NCBI RefSeq assembly: GCF_009914755.1
Contig: NC_060929.1
Origin: the human T2T-CHM13v2.0 reference genome, Homo sapiens
Length of the DNA stretch: 64,000 nucleotides
Direction: 5' to 3' (one strand)
The position numbers were made by a program, and so were the translations under genes. Positions 36,701 through 48,700 of the stretch are shown here, in pieces. Below the pieces are notes generated by a model. That model saw only the letters and a list, made by a program, of their open reading frames with translations, was not told where the DNA came from and made no database searches. Each line of letters starts with the position of its first letter. The first letter of the stretch is position 1.

Positions 36701-39700
36701 GGAAATATCTTCGTATAAAAACTAGACAGAATCATTCTCAGAAACTGCTCTGCGATGTGTGCGTTCAACTCTCAGAGTTTAACTTTGTTTTTCATTCAGC
36801 AGTTTGGAAACACTCTGTTTGTAAAGTCTGCACGTGGATAATTTGACCACTTAGAGGCCTTCGTTGGAAACGGGTTTTTTTCATGTAAGGCTAGACAGAA
36901 GAATTCTCAGTAACTTCCTTGTGTTGTGTGTATTCAACTCACAGAGTTGAACGATCCTTTACACAGAGCAGACTTGTAACACTCTTTTTGTGGAATTTGC
37001 AAGTGGAGATTTCAGCCGCTTTGAAGTCAAAGGTAGAAAAGGAAATATCTTCCTATAAAAACTACACAGAATGATTCTCAGAAACTCCTTTGTGATGTGT
37101 GCGTTCAACTCACAGAGTTTAACCTTTCTTTTCATAGAGCAGTTAGGAAACACTCTGCTTGTAAAGTCTGCAAGTGGATATTCAGCCCTCTTTGAGGCCT
37201 TCGTTGGAAACGGGTTTTTTTCATATAAGGCTAGACAGAAGAATTCCCAGTAACTTCCTTGTGTTGTGTGTGTTCAACTCACAGAGTTGAACTTTCATTT
37301 ACACAGAGCAGATTTGAAACACTCTTTTTGTGGAATTTGCAAGTGGAGATTTCAAGCGCTTTGAGGCCAAAGGCAGAAAAGGAAATATCTTCGTATAAAA
37401 ACTAGACAGAATCATTCTCAGAAACTGCTCTGCGATGTGTGCGTTCAACTCTCAGAGTTTAACTTTTCTTTTCATTCAGCAGTTTGGAAACACTCTGTTT
37501 GTAAAGTCTGCACGTGGATATTTTGACCACTTAGAGGCCTTCGTTGGAAACGGGTTTTTTTCCTGTAAGGCTAGACAGAAGAATTCCCAGTAACTTCCTT
37601 GTGTTGTGTACATTCAACTCACAGAGGTGAACGTTCCCTTAGACAGAGCAGATTTGAAACACTCTTTTTGTGCAATTGGCAAGTGGAGATTTCAAGCGCT
37701 TTGAGGTCAATGGCAGAAAAGGAAATATCTTCCTTTCAAAACTAGACAGAATCATTCCCACAAACTGCGTTGTGATGTGTTCGTTCAACTCACAGAGTTT
37801 AACCTTTCTTTTCATAGAGCAGTTAGGAAACAGTCTGTTTGAAAATTCTGTAAGTGGATATTCTGACATCTTGTGGCCTTCGTTGGAAACGGGAATTCTT
37901 CATATTCTGCTAGACAGAAGAATTCTCAGAATCTTCCTTGTGTTGTGTGTATTCAACTCACAGAGTTGAACGATGGTTTACACAGAGCAGATTTGAAACA
38001 CTCATTTGGTGGAATTTGCAAGTGGAGATTTCAGCCGCTTTGAGGTCAATGGTAGAAAAGGAAATATCTTCGTATAACAACTAGACAGAATGATTCTCAG
38101 AAACTTCTTTGTGATGTGTGTGTTCAACTCACAGAGTTTAACCTTTCTTTTCATAGAGCAGTTAGGAAACACTGTGTTTTTAAACTCTGCAAGTGGATAT
38201 TCAGACCTCTTTGAGGCCTTCGTTGGAAACGGGTTTCTTCATACTGTGCTAGACAGAAGAATTCTCAGTAACTTCCTTGTGTTGTGTGTATTCAACTCAC
38301 AGAGTTGAACGATCCTTTACACAGAGCAGACTTGAAACACTCTTTTTGTGGAATTTGCAAGTGGAGATTTCAGCCGCGTTGAGGTCAATGGTAGAAAAGG
38401 AAATATCTTCGTATAAAAACTAGACAGAATGATTCTCAGAAACTCCTTTGAGATGTGTGTGTTCAACTCACAGAGTTTAACCTTTCTTTTCATAGAGCAG
38501 TTAGGAATCACTCTGTTTGTAAAGTCTGCAAGTGGATATTCAGACCTCTTTGAGGCCTTCGTTGGAAACGGGTTTTTTTCATATAAGGCTAGACAGAAGA
38601 ATTCCCAGTAACTTCCTTGTGTTGTGTGTGTTCAACTCACAGAGTTGAACTTTCATTTACACAGAGCAGATTTGAAACACTCTTTTTGTGGAATTTGCAA
38701 ATGGAGATTTCAAGCGCTTTGAGGCCAAAGGCAGAAAAGGAAATATCTTCGTATAAAAACTAGACAGAATCATTCTCAGAAACTGCTCTGCGATGTGTGC
38801 GTTCAACTCTCAGAGTTTAACTTTGTTTTTCATTCAGCAGTTTGGAAACACTCTGTTTGTAAAGTCTGCACGTGGATAATTTGACCACTTAGAGGCCTTC
38901 GTTGGAAACGGGTTTTTTTCATGTAAGGCTAGACAGAAGAATTCTCAGTAACTTCCTTGTGTTGTGTGTATTCAACTCACAGAGTTGAACGATCCTTTAC
39001 ACAGAGCAGACTTGTAACACTCTTTTTGTGGAATTTGCAAGTGGAGATTTCAGCCGCTTTGAAGTCAAAGGTAGAAAAGGAAATATCTTCCTATAAAAAC
39101 TACACAGAATGATTCTCAGAAACTCCTTTGTGATGTGTGCGTTCAACTCACAGAGTTTAACCTTTCTTTTCATAGAGGAGTTAGGAAACACTCTGTTTGT
39201 AAAGTCTGCAAGTGGATATTCAGACCTCTTTGAGGCCTTCGTTGGAAACGGGTTTTTTTCATATAAGGCTAGACAGAAGAATTCCCAGTAACTTCCTTGT
39301 GTTGTGTGTGTTCAACTCACAGAGTTGAACTTTCATTTACACAGAGCAGATTTGAAACACTCTTTTTGTGGAATTTGCAATTGGAGATTTCAAGCGCTTT
39401 GAGGCCAAAGGCAGAAAAGGAAATATCTTCGTATAAAAACTAGACAGAATCATTCTCAGAAACTGCTCTGTGATGTGTGCGTTCAACTCTCAGAGTTTAA
39501 CTTTTCTTTTCATTCAGCAGTTTGGAAACACTCTGTTTGTAAAGTCTGCACGTGGATAATTTGACCACTTAGAGGCCTTCGTTGGAAACGGGTTTTTTTC
39601 ATGTAAGGCTAGACAGAAGAGTTCTCAGTAACTTCCTTGTGTTGTGTGTATTCAACTCACACAGTTGAACGATCCTTTACAGAGAGCAGACTTGTAACAC

Positions 39701-42700
39701 TCTTTTTGTGGAATTTGCAAGTGGAGATTTCAGCCGCTTTGAAGTCAAAGTAGAAAAGGAAATATCTTCCTATAAAAACTAGACAGAATGATTCTCAGAA
39801 ACTCCTTTGTGATGTGTGCGTTCAACTCACAGAGTTTAACCTTTCTTTTCATAGAGCAGTTAGGAAACACTCTGTTTGTAAAGTCTGCAAGTGGATATTC
39901 AGACCTCTTTGAGGCCTTCGTTGGAAACGGGTTTTTTTCATATAAGGCTAGACAGAAGAATTCCCAGTAACTTCCTTGTGTTGTGTGTGTTCAACTCACA
40001 GAGTTGAACTTTCATTTACACAGAGCAGATTTGAAACACTCTTTTTGTGGAATTTGCAGGTGGAGATTTCAAGCGCTTTGAGGCCAAAGGCAGAAAAGGA
40101 AATATCTTCCTATAAAAACTAGACAGAATCATTCTCAGAAACTGCTCTGCGATGTGTGCGTTCAACTCTCAGAGTTTAACTTTTCTTTTCATTCAGCAGT
40201 TTGGAAACACTCTGTTTGTAAAGTCTGCACGTGGATAATTTGACCACTTAGAGGCCTTCGTTGGAAACGGGTTTTTTTCATGTAAGGCTAGACAGAAGAA
40301 TTCTCAGTAACTTCCTTGTGTTGTGTGTATTCAACTCACAGAGTTGAACGATCCTTTACACAGAGCAGACTTGTAACACTCTTTTTGTGGAATTTGCAAG
40401 TGGAGATTTCAGCCGCTTTGAAGTCAAAGGTAGAAAAGGAATTATCTTCCTATAAAAACTAGACAGAATGATTCTCAGAAACTCCTTTGTGATGTGTGCG
40501 TTCAACTCACAGAGTTTAACCTTTCTTTTCATAGAGCAGTTAGGAAACACTCTGCTTGTAAAGTCTGCAAGTGGATATTCAGCCCTCTTTGAGGCCTTCG
40601 TTGGAAACGGGTTTTTTTCATATAAGGCTAGACAGAAGAATTCCCAGTAACTTCCTTGTGTTGTGTGTGTTCAACTCACAGAGTTGAACTTTGATTTACA
40701 CAGAGCAGATTTGAAACACTCTTTTTGTGGAATTTGCAAGTGGAGATTTCAAGCGCTTTGAGGCCAAAGGCAGAAAAGGAAATATCTTCGTATAAAAACT
40801 AGACAGAATCATTCTCAGAAACTGCTCTGCGATGTGTGCGTTCAACTCTCAGAGTTTAACTTTTCTTTTCATTCAGCAGTTTGGAAACACTCTGTTTGTA
40901 AAGTCTGCACGTGGATATTTTGACCACTTAGAGGCCTTCGTTGGAAACGGGTTTTTTTCCTGTAAGGCTAGACAGAAGAATTCCCAGTAACTTCCTTGTG
41001 TTGTGTACATTCAACTCACAGAGTTGAACGTTCCCTTAGACAGAGCAGATTTGAAACACTCTTTTTGTGCAATTGGCAAGTGGAGATTTCAAGCGCTTTA
41101 AGGTCAATGGCAGAAAAGGAAATATCTTCGTTTCAAAACTAGGCAGAATCATTCCCACAAACTGCGTTGTGATGTGTTCGTTCATCTCACAGAGTTTAAC
41201 CTTTCTTTTCATAGAGCAGTTAGGAAACACTCTGTTTGTAAATTCTGTAAGTGGATATTCTGACATCTTGTGGCCTTCGTTGGAAACGGGATTTCTTCAT
41301 ATTCTGCTAGACAGAAGAATTCTCAGAATCTTCCTTGTGTTGTGTGTATTCAACTCACACAGTTGAACGATGGTTTACACAGAGCAGATTTGAAACACTC
41401 TTTTTGTGGAATTTGCAAGTGGAGATTTCAGCCGCTTTGAGGTCAATGGTAGAAAAGGAAATATCTTCGTATAAAAACTAGACAGAATGATTCTCAGAAA
41501 CTTCTTTGTGATGTGTGCGTTCAACTCACAGAGTTTAACCTTTCTTTTCATAGAGCAGTTAGGAAACACTCTGTTTGTAAACTCTGCAACTGGATATTCA
41601 GACCTCTTCGAGGCCTTCGTTGGAAACGGGATTTCTTCATACTGTGCTAGACAGAAGAATTCTCAGTAACTTCCTTGTGTTGTGTATATTCAACTCACAG
41701 AGTTGAACGATCCTTTACACAGAGCAGACTTGAAACACTCTTTTTGTGGAATTTGCAAGTGGAGATTTCAGCCGCGTTGAGGTCAATGGTAGAAAAGGAA
41801 ATATCTTCGTATAAAAACTAGACAGAATGATTCTCAGAAACTCCTTTGAGATGTGTGTGTTCAACTCACAGAGTTTAACCTTTCTTTTCATAGAGCAGTT
41901 AGGAATCACTCTGTTTGTAAAGTCTGCAAGTGGATATTCAGACCTCTTTGAGGCCTTCGTTGGAAACGGGTTTTTTTCATATAAGGCTAGACAGAAGAAT
42001 TCCCAGTAACTTCCTTGTGTTGTGTGTGTTCAACTCACAGAGTTGAACTTTCATTTACACAGAGCAGATTTGAAACACTCTTTTTGTGGAATTTGCAAAT
42101 GGAGATTTCAAGCGCTTTGAGGCCAAAGGCAGAAAAGGAAATATCTTCGTATAAAAACTAGACAGAATCATTCTCAGAAACTGCTCTGCGATGTGTGCGT
42201 TCAACTCTCAGAGTTTAACTTTGCTTTTCATTCAGCAGTTTGGAAACACTCTGTTTGTAAAGTCTGCACGTGGATAATTTGACCACTTAGAGGCCTTCGT
42301 TGGAAACGGGTTTTTTTCATGTAAGGCTAGACAGAAGAATTCTCAGTAACTTCCTTGTGTTGTGTGTATTCAACTCACAGAGTTGAACGATCCTTTACAC
42401 AGAGCAGACTTGTAACACTCTTTTTGTGGAATTTGCAAGTGGAGATTTCAGCCGCTTTGAAGTCAAATGTAGAAAAGGAAATATCTTCCTATAAAAACTA
42501 GACAGAATGATTCTCAGAAACTCCTTTGTGATGTGTGCGTTCAACTCACAGAGTTTAACCTTTCTTTTCATAGAGCAGTTAGGAAACACTCTGTTTGTAA
42601 AGTCTGCAAGTGGATATTCAGACCTCTTTGAGGCCTTCGTTGGAAACGGGTTTTTTTCATATAAGGCTAGACAGAAGAATTCCCAGTAACTTCCTTGTGT

Positions 42701-45700
42701 TGTGTGTGTTCAACTCACAGAGTTGAACTTTCATTTACACAGAGCAGATTTGAAACACTCTTTTTGTGGAATTTGCAGGTGGAGATTTCAAGTGCTTTGA
42801 GGCCAAAGGCAGAAAAGGAAATATCTTCGTATAAAAACTAGACAGAATCATTCTCAGAAACTGCTCTGCGATGTGTGCGTTCAACTCTCAGAGTTTAACT
42901 TTTCTTTTCATTCAGCAGTTTGGAAACACTCTGTTTGTAAAGTCTGCACGTGGATATTTTGACCACTTAGAGGCCTTCGTTGGAAACGGGTTTTTTTCCT
43001 GTAAGGCTAGACAGAAGAATTCCCAGTAACTTCCTTGTGTTGTGTACATTCAACTCACAGAGTTGAACGTTCCCTTAGACAGAGCAGATTTGAAACACTC
43101 TTTTTGTGCAATTGGCAAGTGGAGATTTCAAGTGCTTTAAGGTCAATGGCAGAAAAGGAAATATCTTCGTTTCAAAACTAGACAGAATCATTCCCACAAA
43201 CTGCGTTGTGATGTGCTCGTTCATCTCACAGAGTTTAACCTTTCTTTTCATAGAGCAGTTTGGAAACAGTCTGTTTGTAAATTCTATAAGTGGATATTCT
43301 GACATCTTGTGGCCTTCGTTGGAAACGGGATTTCTTCATATTCTGCTAGACAGAAGAATTCTCAGAATCTTCCTTGTGTTGTGTGTATTCAACTCACACA
43401 GTTGAACGATGGTTTACACAGAGCAGATTTGAAACACTCTTTTTGTGGAATTTGCAAGTGGAGATTTCAGCCGCTTTGAGGTCAATGGTAGAAAAGGAAA
43501 TATCTTCGTATAAAAACTAGACAGAATGATTCTCAGAAACTTCTTTGTGATGTGTGCGTTCAACTCACAGAGTTTAACCTTTCTTTTCATAGAGCAGTTA
43601 GCAAACACTCTGTTTGTAAACTCTGCAAGTGGATATTCAGACCTCTTTGAGGCCTTCGTTGGAAACGGGATTTCTTCATACTGTGCTAGACAGAAGAATT
43701 CTCAGTAACTTCCTTGTGTTGTGTGTATTCAACTCACAGAGTTGAACGATCCTTTACACAGAGCAGACTTGGAACACTCTTTTTGTGGAATTTGCAAGTG
43801 GAGATTTCAGCCGCGTTGAGGTCAATGGTAGAAAAGGAAATATCTTCGTATAAAAACTAGACAGAATGATTCTCAGAAACTCCTTTGAGATGTGTGTGTT
43901 CAACTCACAGAGTTTAACCTTTCTTTTCATAGAGCAGTTAAGAATCACTCTGTTTGTAAAGTCTGCAAGTGGATATTCAGACCTCTTTGAGGCCTTCGTT
44001 GGAAACGGGTTTTTTTCATATAAGGCTAGACAGAAGAATTCCCAGTAACTTCCTTGTGTTGTGTGTGTTCAACTCTGTGAGTTGAACTTTCATTTACACA
44101 GAGCAGATTTGAAACACTCTTTTTGTGGAATTTGCAAATGGAGATTTCAAGCGCATTGAGGCCAAAGGCAGAAAAGGAAATATCTTCGTATAAAAACTAG
44201 ACAGAATCATTCTCAGAAACTGCTCTGCGATGTGTGCGTTCAACTCTCAGAGTTTAACTTTGCTTTTCATTCAGCAGTTTGGAAACACTCTGTTTGTAAA
44301 GTCTGCACGTGGATAATTTGACCACTTAGAGGCCTTCGTTGGAAACGGGTTTTTTTCATGTAAGGCTAGACAGAAGAATTCTCAGTAACTTCCTTGTGTT
44401 GTGTGTATTCAACTCACAGAGTTGAACGATCCTTTACACAGAGCAGACTTGTAACACTCTTTTTGTGGAATTTGCAAGTGGAGATTTCAGCCGCTTTGAA
44501 GTCAAAGGTAGAAAAGGAAATATCTTCCTATAAAAACTAGACAGAATGATTCTCAGAAACTCCTTTGTGATGTGTGCGTTCAACTCACAGAGTTTAACCT
44601 TTCTTTTCATAGAGCAGTTAGGAAACACTCTGTTTGTAAAGTCTGCAAGTGGATATTCAGACCTCTTTGAGGCCTTCGTTGGAAACGGGATTTTTTCATA
44701 TAAGGCTAGACAGAAGAATTCCCAGTAACTTCCTTGTGTTGTGTGTGTTCAACTCACAGAGTTGAACTTTCATTTACACAGAGCAGATTTGAAACACTCT
44801 TTTTGTGGAATTTGCAGGTGGAGATTTCAAGCGCTTTGAGGCCATAGGCAGAAAAGGAAATATCTTCGTATAAAAACTAGACAGAATCATTCTCAGAAAC
44901 TGCTCTGCGATGTGTGCGTTCAACTCTCAGAGTTTAACTTTTCTTTTCATTCAGCAGTTTGGAAACACTCTGTTTGTAAAGTCTGCACGTGGATATTTTG
45001 ACCACTTAGAGGCCTTCGTTGGAAACGGGTTTTTTTCCTGTAAGGCTAGACAGAAGAATTCCCAGTAACTTCCTTGTGTTGTGTACATTCAACTCACAGA
45101 GTTGAACGTTCCCTTAGACAGAGCAGATTTGAAACACTCTTTTTGTGCAATTGGCAAGTGGAGATTTCAAGTGCTTTAAGGTCAATGGCAGAAAAGGAAA
45201 TATCTTCGTTTCAAAACTAGACAGAATCATTCCCACAAACTGCGTTGTGATGTGTTCGTTCATCTCACAGAGTTTAACCATTCTTTTCATAGAGCAGTTA
45301 GGAAACAGTCTGTTTGTAAATTCTGTAAGTGGATATTCTGACATCTTGTGGCCTTCGTTGGAAACGGGATTTCTTCATATTCTGCTAGACAGAAGAATTC
45401 TCAGAATCTTCCTTGTGTTGTGTGTATTCAACTCACACAGTTGAACGATGGTTTACACAGAGCAGATTTGAAACACTCTTTTTGTGGAATTTGCAAGTGG
45501 AGATTTCAGCCGCTTTGAGGTCAATGGTAGAAAAGGAAATATCTTCGTATAAAAACTAGACAGAATGATTCTCAGAAACTTCTTTGTGATGTGTGCGTTC
45601 AACTCACAGAGTTTAACCTTTCTTTTCATAGAGCAGTTAAGAAACACTCTGTTTGTAAACTCTGCAAGTGGATATTCAGACCTCTTTGAGGCCTTCGTTG

Positions 45701-48700
45701 GAAACGGGATTTCTTCATACTGTGCTAGACAGAAGAATTCTCAGTAACTTCCTTGTGTTGTGTGTATTCAACTCACAGAGTTGAACGATCCTTTACACAG
45801 AGCAGACTTGAAACACTCTTTTTGTGGAATTTGCAAGTGGAGATTTCAGCCGCGTTGAGGTCAATGGTAGAAAAGGAAATATCTTCGTATAAAAACTAGA
45901 CAGAATGATTCTCAGAAACTCCTTTGAGATGTGTGTGTTCAACTCACAGAGTTTAACCTTTCTTTTCATAGAGCAGTTAGGAATCACTCTGTTTGTAAAG
46001 TCTGCAAGTGGATATTCAGACCTCTTTGAGGCCTTCGTTGGAAACGGGTTTTTTTCATATAAGGCTAGACAGAAGAATTCCCAGTAACTTCCTTGTGTTG
46101 TGTGTGTTCAACTCACAGAGTTGAACTTTCATTTACACAGAGCAGATTTGAAACACTCTTTTTGTGGAATTTGCAAATGGAGATTTCAAGCGCTTTGAGG
46201 CCAAAGGCAGAAAAGGAAATATCTTCGTATAAAAACTAGACAGAATCATTCTCAGAAACTGCTCTGCGATGTGTGCGTTCAACTCTCAGAGTTTAACTTT
46301 GCTTTTCATTCAGCAGTTTGGAAACACTCTGTTTGTAAAGTCTGCACGTGGATAATTTGACCACTTAGAGGCCTTCGTTGGAAACGGGTTTTTTTCATGT
46401 AAGGCTAGACAGAAGAATTCTCAGTAACTTCCTTGTGTTGTGTGTATTCAACTCACAGAGTTGAACGATCCTTTACACAGAGCAGACTTGTAACACTCTT
46501 TTTTTGGAATTTGCAAGTGGAGATTTCAGCCGCTTTGAAGTCAAAGGTAGAAAAGGAAATATCTTCCTATAAAAACTACACAGAATGATTCTCAGAAACT
46601 CCTTTGTGATGTGTGCGTTCAACTCACAGAGTTTAACCTTTCTTTTCATAGAGGAGTTAGGAAACACTCTGTTTGTAAAGTCTGCAAGTGGATATTCAGA
46701 CCTCTTTGAGGCCTTCGTTGGAAACGGGTTTTTTTCATATAAGGCTAGACAGAAGAATTCCCAGTAACTTCCTTGTGTTGTGTGTGTTCAACTCACAGAG
46801 TTGAACTTTAATTTACGCAGAGCAGATTTGAAACACTCTTTTTGTGGAATTTGCAATTGGAGATTTCAAGCGCTTTGAGGCCAAAGGCAGAAAAGGAAAT
46901 ATCTTCGTATAAAAACTAGACAGAATCATTCTCAGAAACTGCTCTGTGATGTGTGCGTTCAACTCTCAGAGTTTAACTTTTCTTTTCATTCAGCAGTTTG
47001 GAAACACTCTGTTTGTAAAGTCTGCAAGTGGATAATTTGACCACTTAGAGGCCTTCGTTGGAAACGGGTTTTTTTCATGTAAGGCTAGACAGAAGAGTTC
47101 TCAGTAACTTCCTTGTGTTGTGTGTATTCAACTCACACAGTTGAACGATCCTTTACAGAGAGCAGACTTGTAACACTCTTTTTGTGGAATTTGCAAGTGG
47201 AGATTTCAGCCGCTTTGAAGTCAAAGTAGAAAAGGAAATATCTTCCTATAAAAACTAGACAGAATGATTCTCAGAAACTCCTTTGTGATGTGTGCGTTCA
47301 ACTCACAGAGTTTAACCTTTCTTTTCATAGAGCAGTTAGGAAACACTCTGTTTGTAAAGTCTGCAAGTGGATATTCAGACCTCTTTGAGGCCTTCGTTGG
47401 AAACGGGTTTTTTTCATATAAGGCTAGACAGAAGAATTCCCAGTAACTTCCTTCTGTTGTGTGTGTTCAACTCACAGAGTTGAACTTTCATTTACACAGA
47501 GCAGATTTGAAACACTCTTTTTGTGGAATTTGCAGGTGGAGATTTCAAGCGCTTTGAGGCCAAAGGCAGAAAAGGAAATATCTTCGTATAAAAACTAGAC
47601 AGAATCATTCTCAGAAACTGCTCTGCGATGTGTGCGTTCAACTCTCAGAGTTTAACTTTTCTTTTCATTCAGCAGTTTGGAAACACTCTGTTTCTAAAGT
47701 CTGCACGTGGATAATTTGACCACTTAGAGGCCTTCGTTGGAAACGGGTTTTTTTCATGTAAGGCTAGACAGAAGAATTCTCAGTAACTTCCTTGTGTTGT
47801 GTGTATTCAACTCACAGAGTTGAACGATCCTTTACACAGAGCAGACTTGTAACACTCTTTTTGTGGAATTTGCAAGTGGAGATTTCAGCCGCTTTGAAGT
47901 CAAAGGTAGAAAAGGAAATATCTTCCTATAAAAACTAGACAGAATGATTCTCAGAAACTCCTTTGTGATGTGTGCGTTCAACTCACAGATTTTAACCTTT
48001 CTTTTCATAGAGCAGTTAGGAAACACTCTGCTTGTAAAGTCTGCAAGTGGATATTCAGCCCTCTTTGAGGCCTTCGTTGGAAACGGGTTTTTTTCATATA
48101 AAGCTAGACAGAAGAATTCCCAGTAACTTCCTTGTGTTGTGTGTGTTCAACTCACAGAGTTGAACTTTGATTTACACAGAGCAGATTTGAAACACTCTTT
48201 TTGTGGAATTTGCAAGTGGAGATTTCAAGCGCTTTGAGGCCAAAGGCAGAAAAGGAAATATCTTCGTATAAAAACTAGACAGAATCATTCTCAGAAACTG
48301 CTCTGCGATGTGTGCGTTCAACTCTCAGAGTTTAACTTTTCTTTTCATTCAGCAGTTTGGAAACACTCTGTTTGTAAAGTCTGCACGTGGATATTTTGAC
48401 CACTTAGAGGCCTTCGTTGGAAAAGGGTTTTTTTCCTGTAAGGCTAGACAGAAGAATTCCCAGTAACTTCCTTGTGTTGTGTACATTCAACTCACAGAGT
48501 TGAACGCTCCCTTAGACAGAGCAGATTTGAAACACTCTTTTTGTGCAATTGGCAAGTGGAGATTTCAAGCGCTTTAAGGTCAATGGCAGAAAAGGAAATA
48601 TCTTCGTTTCAAAACTAGGCAGAATCATTCCCACAAACTGCGTTGTGATGTGTTCGTTCATCTCACAGAGTTTAACCTTTCTTTTCATAGAGCAGTTAGG

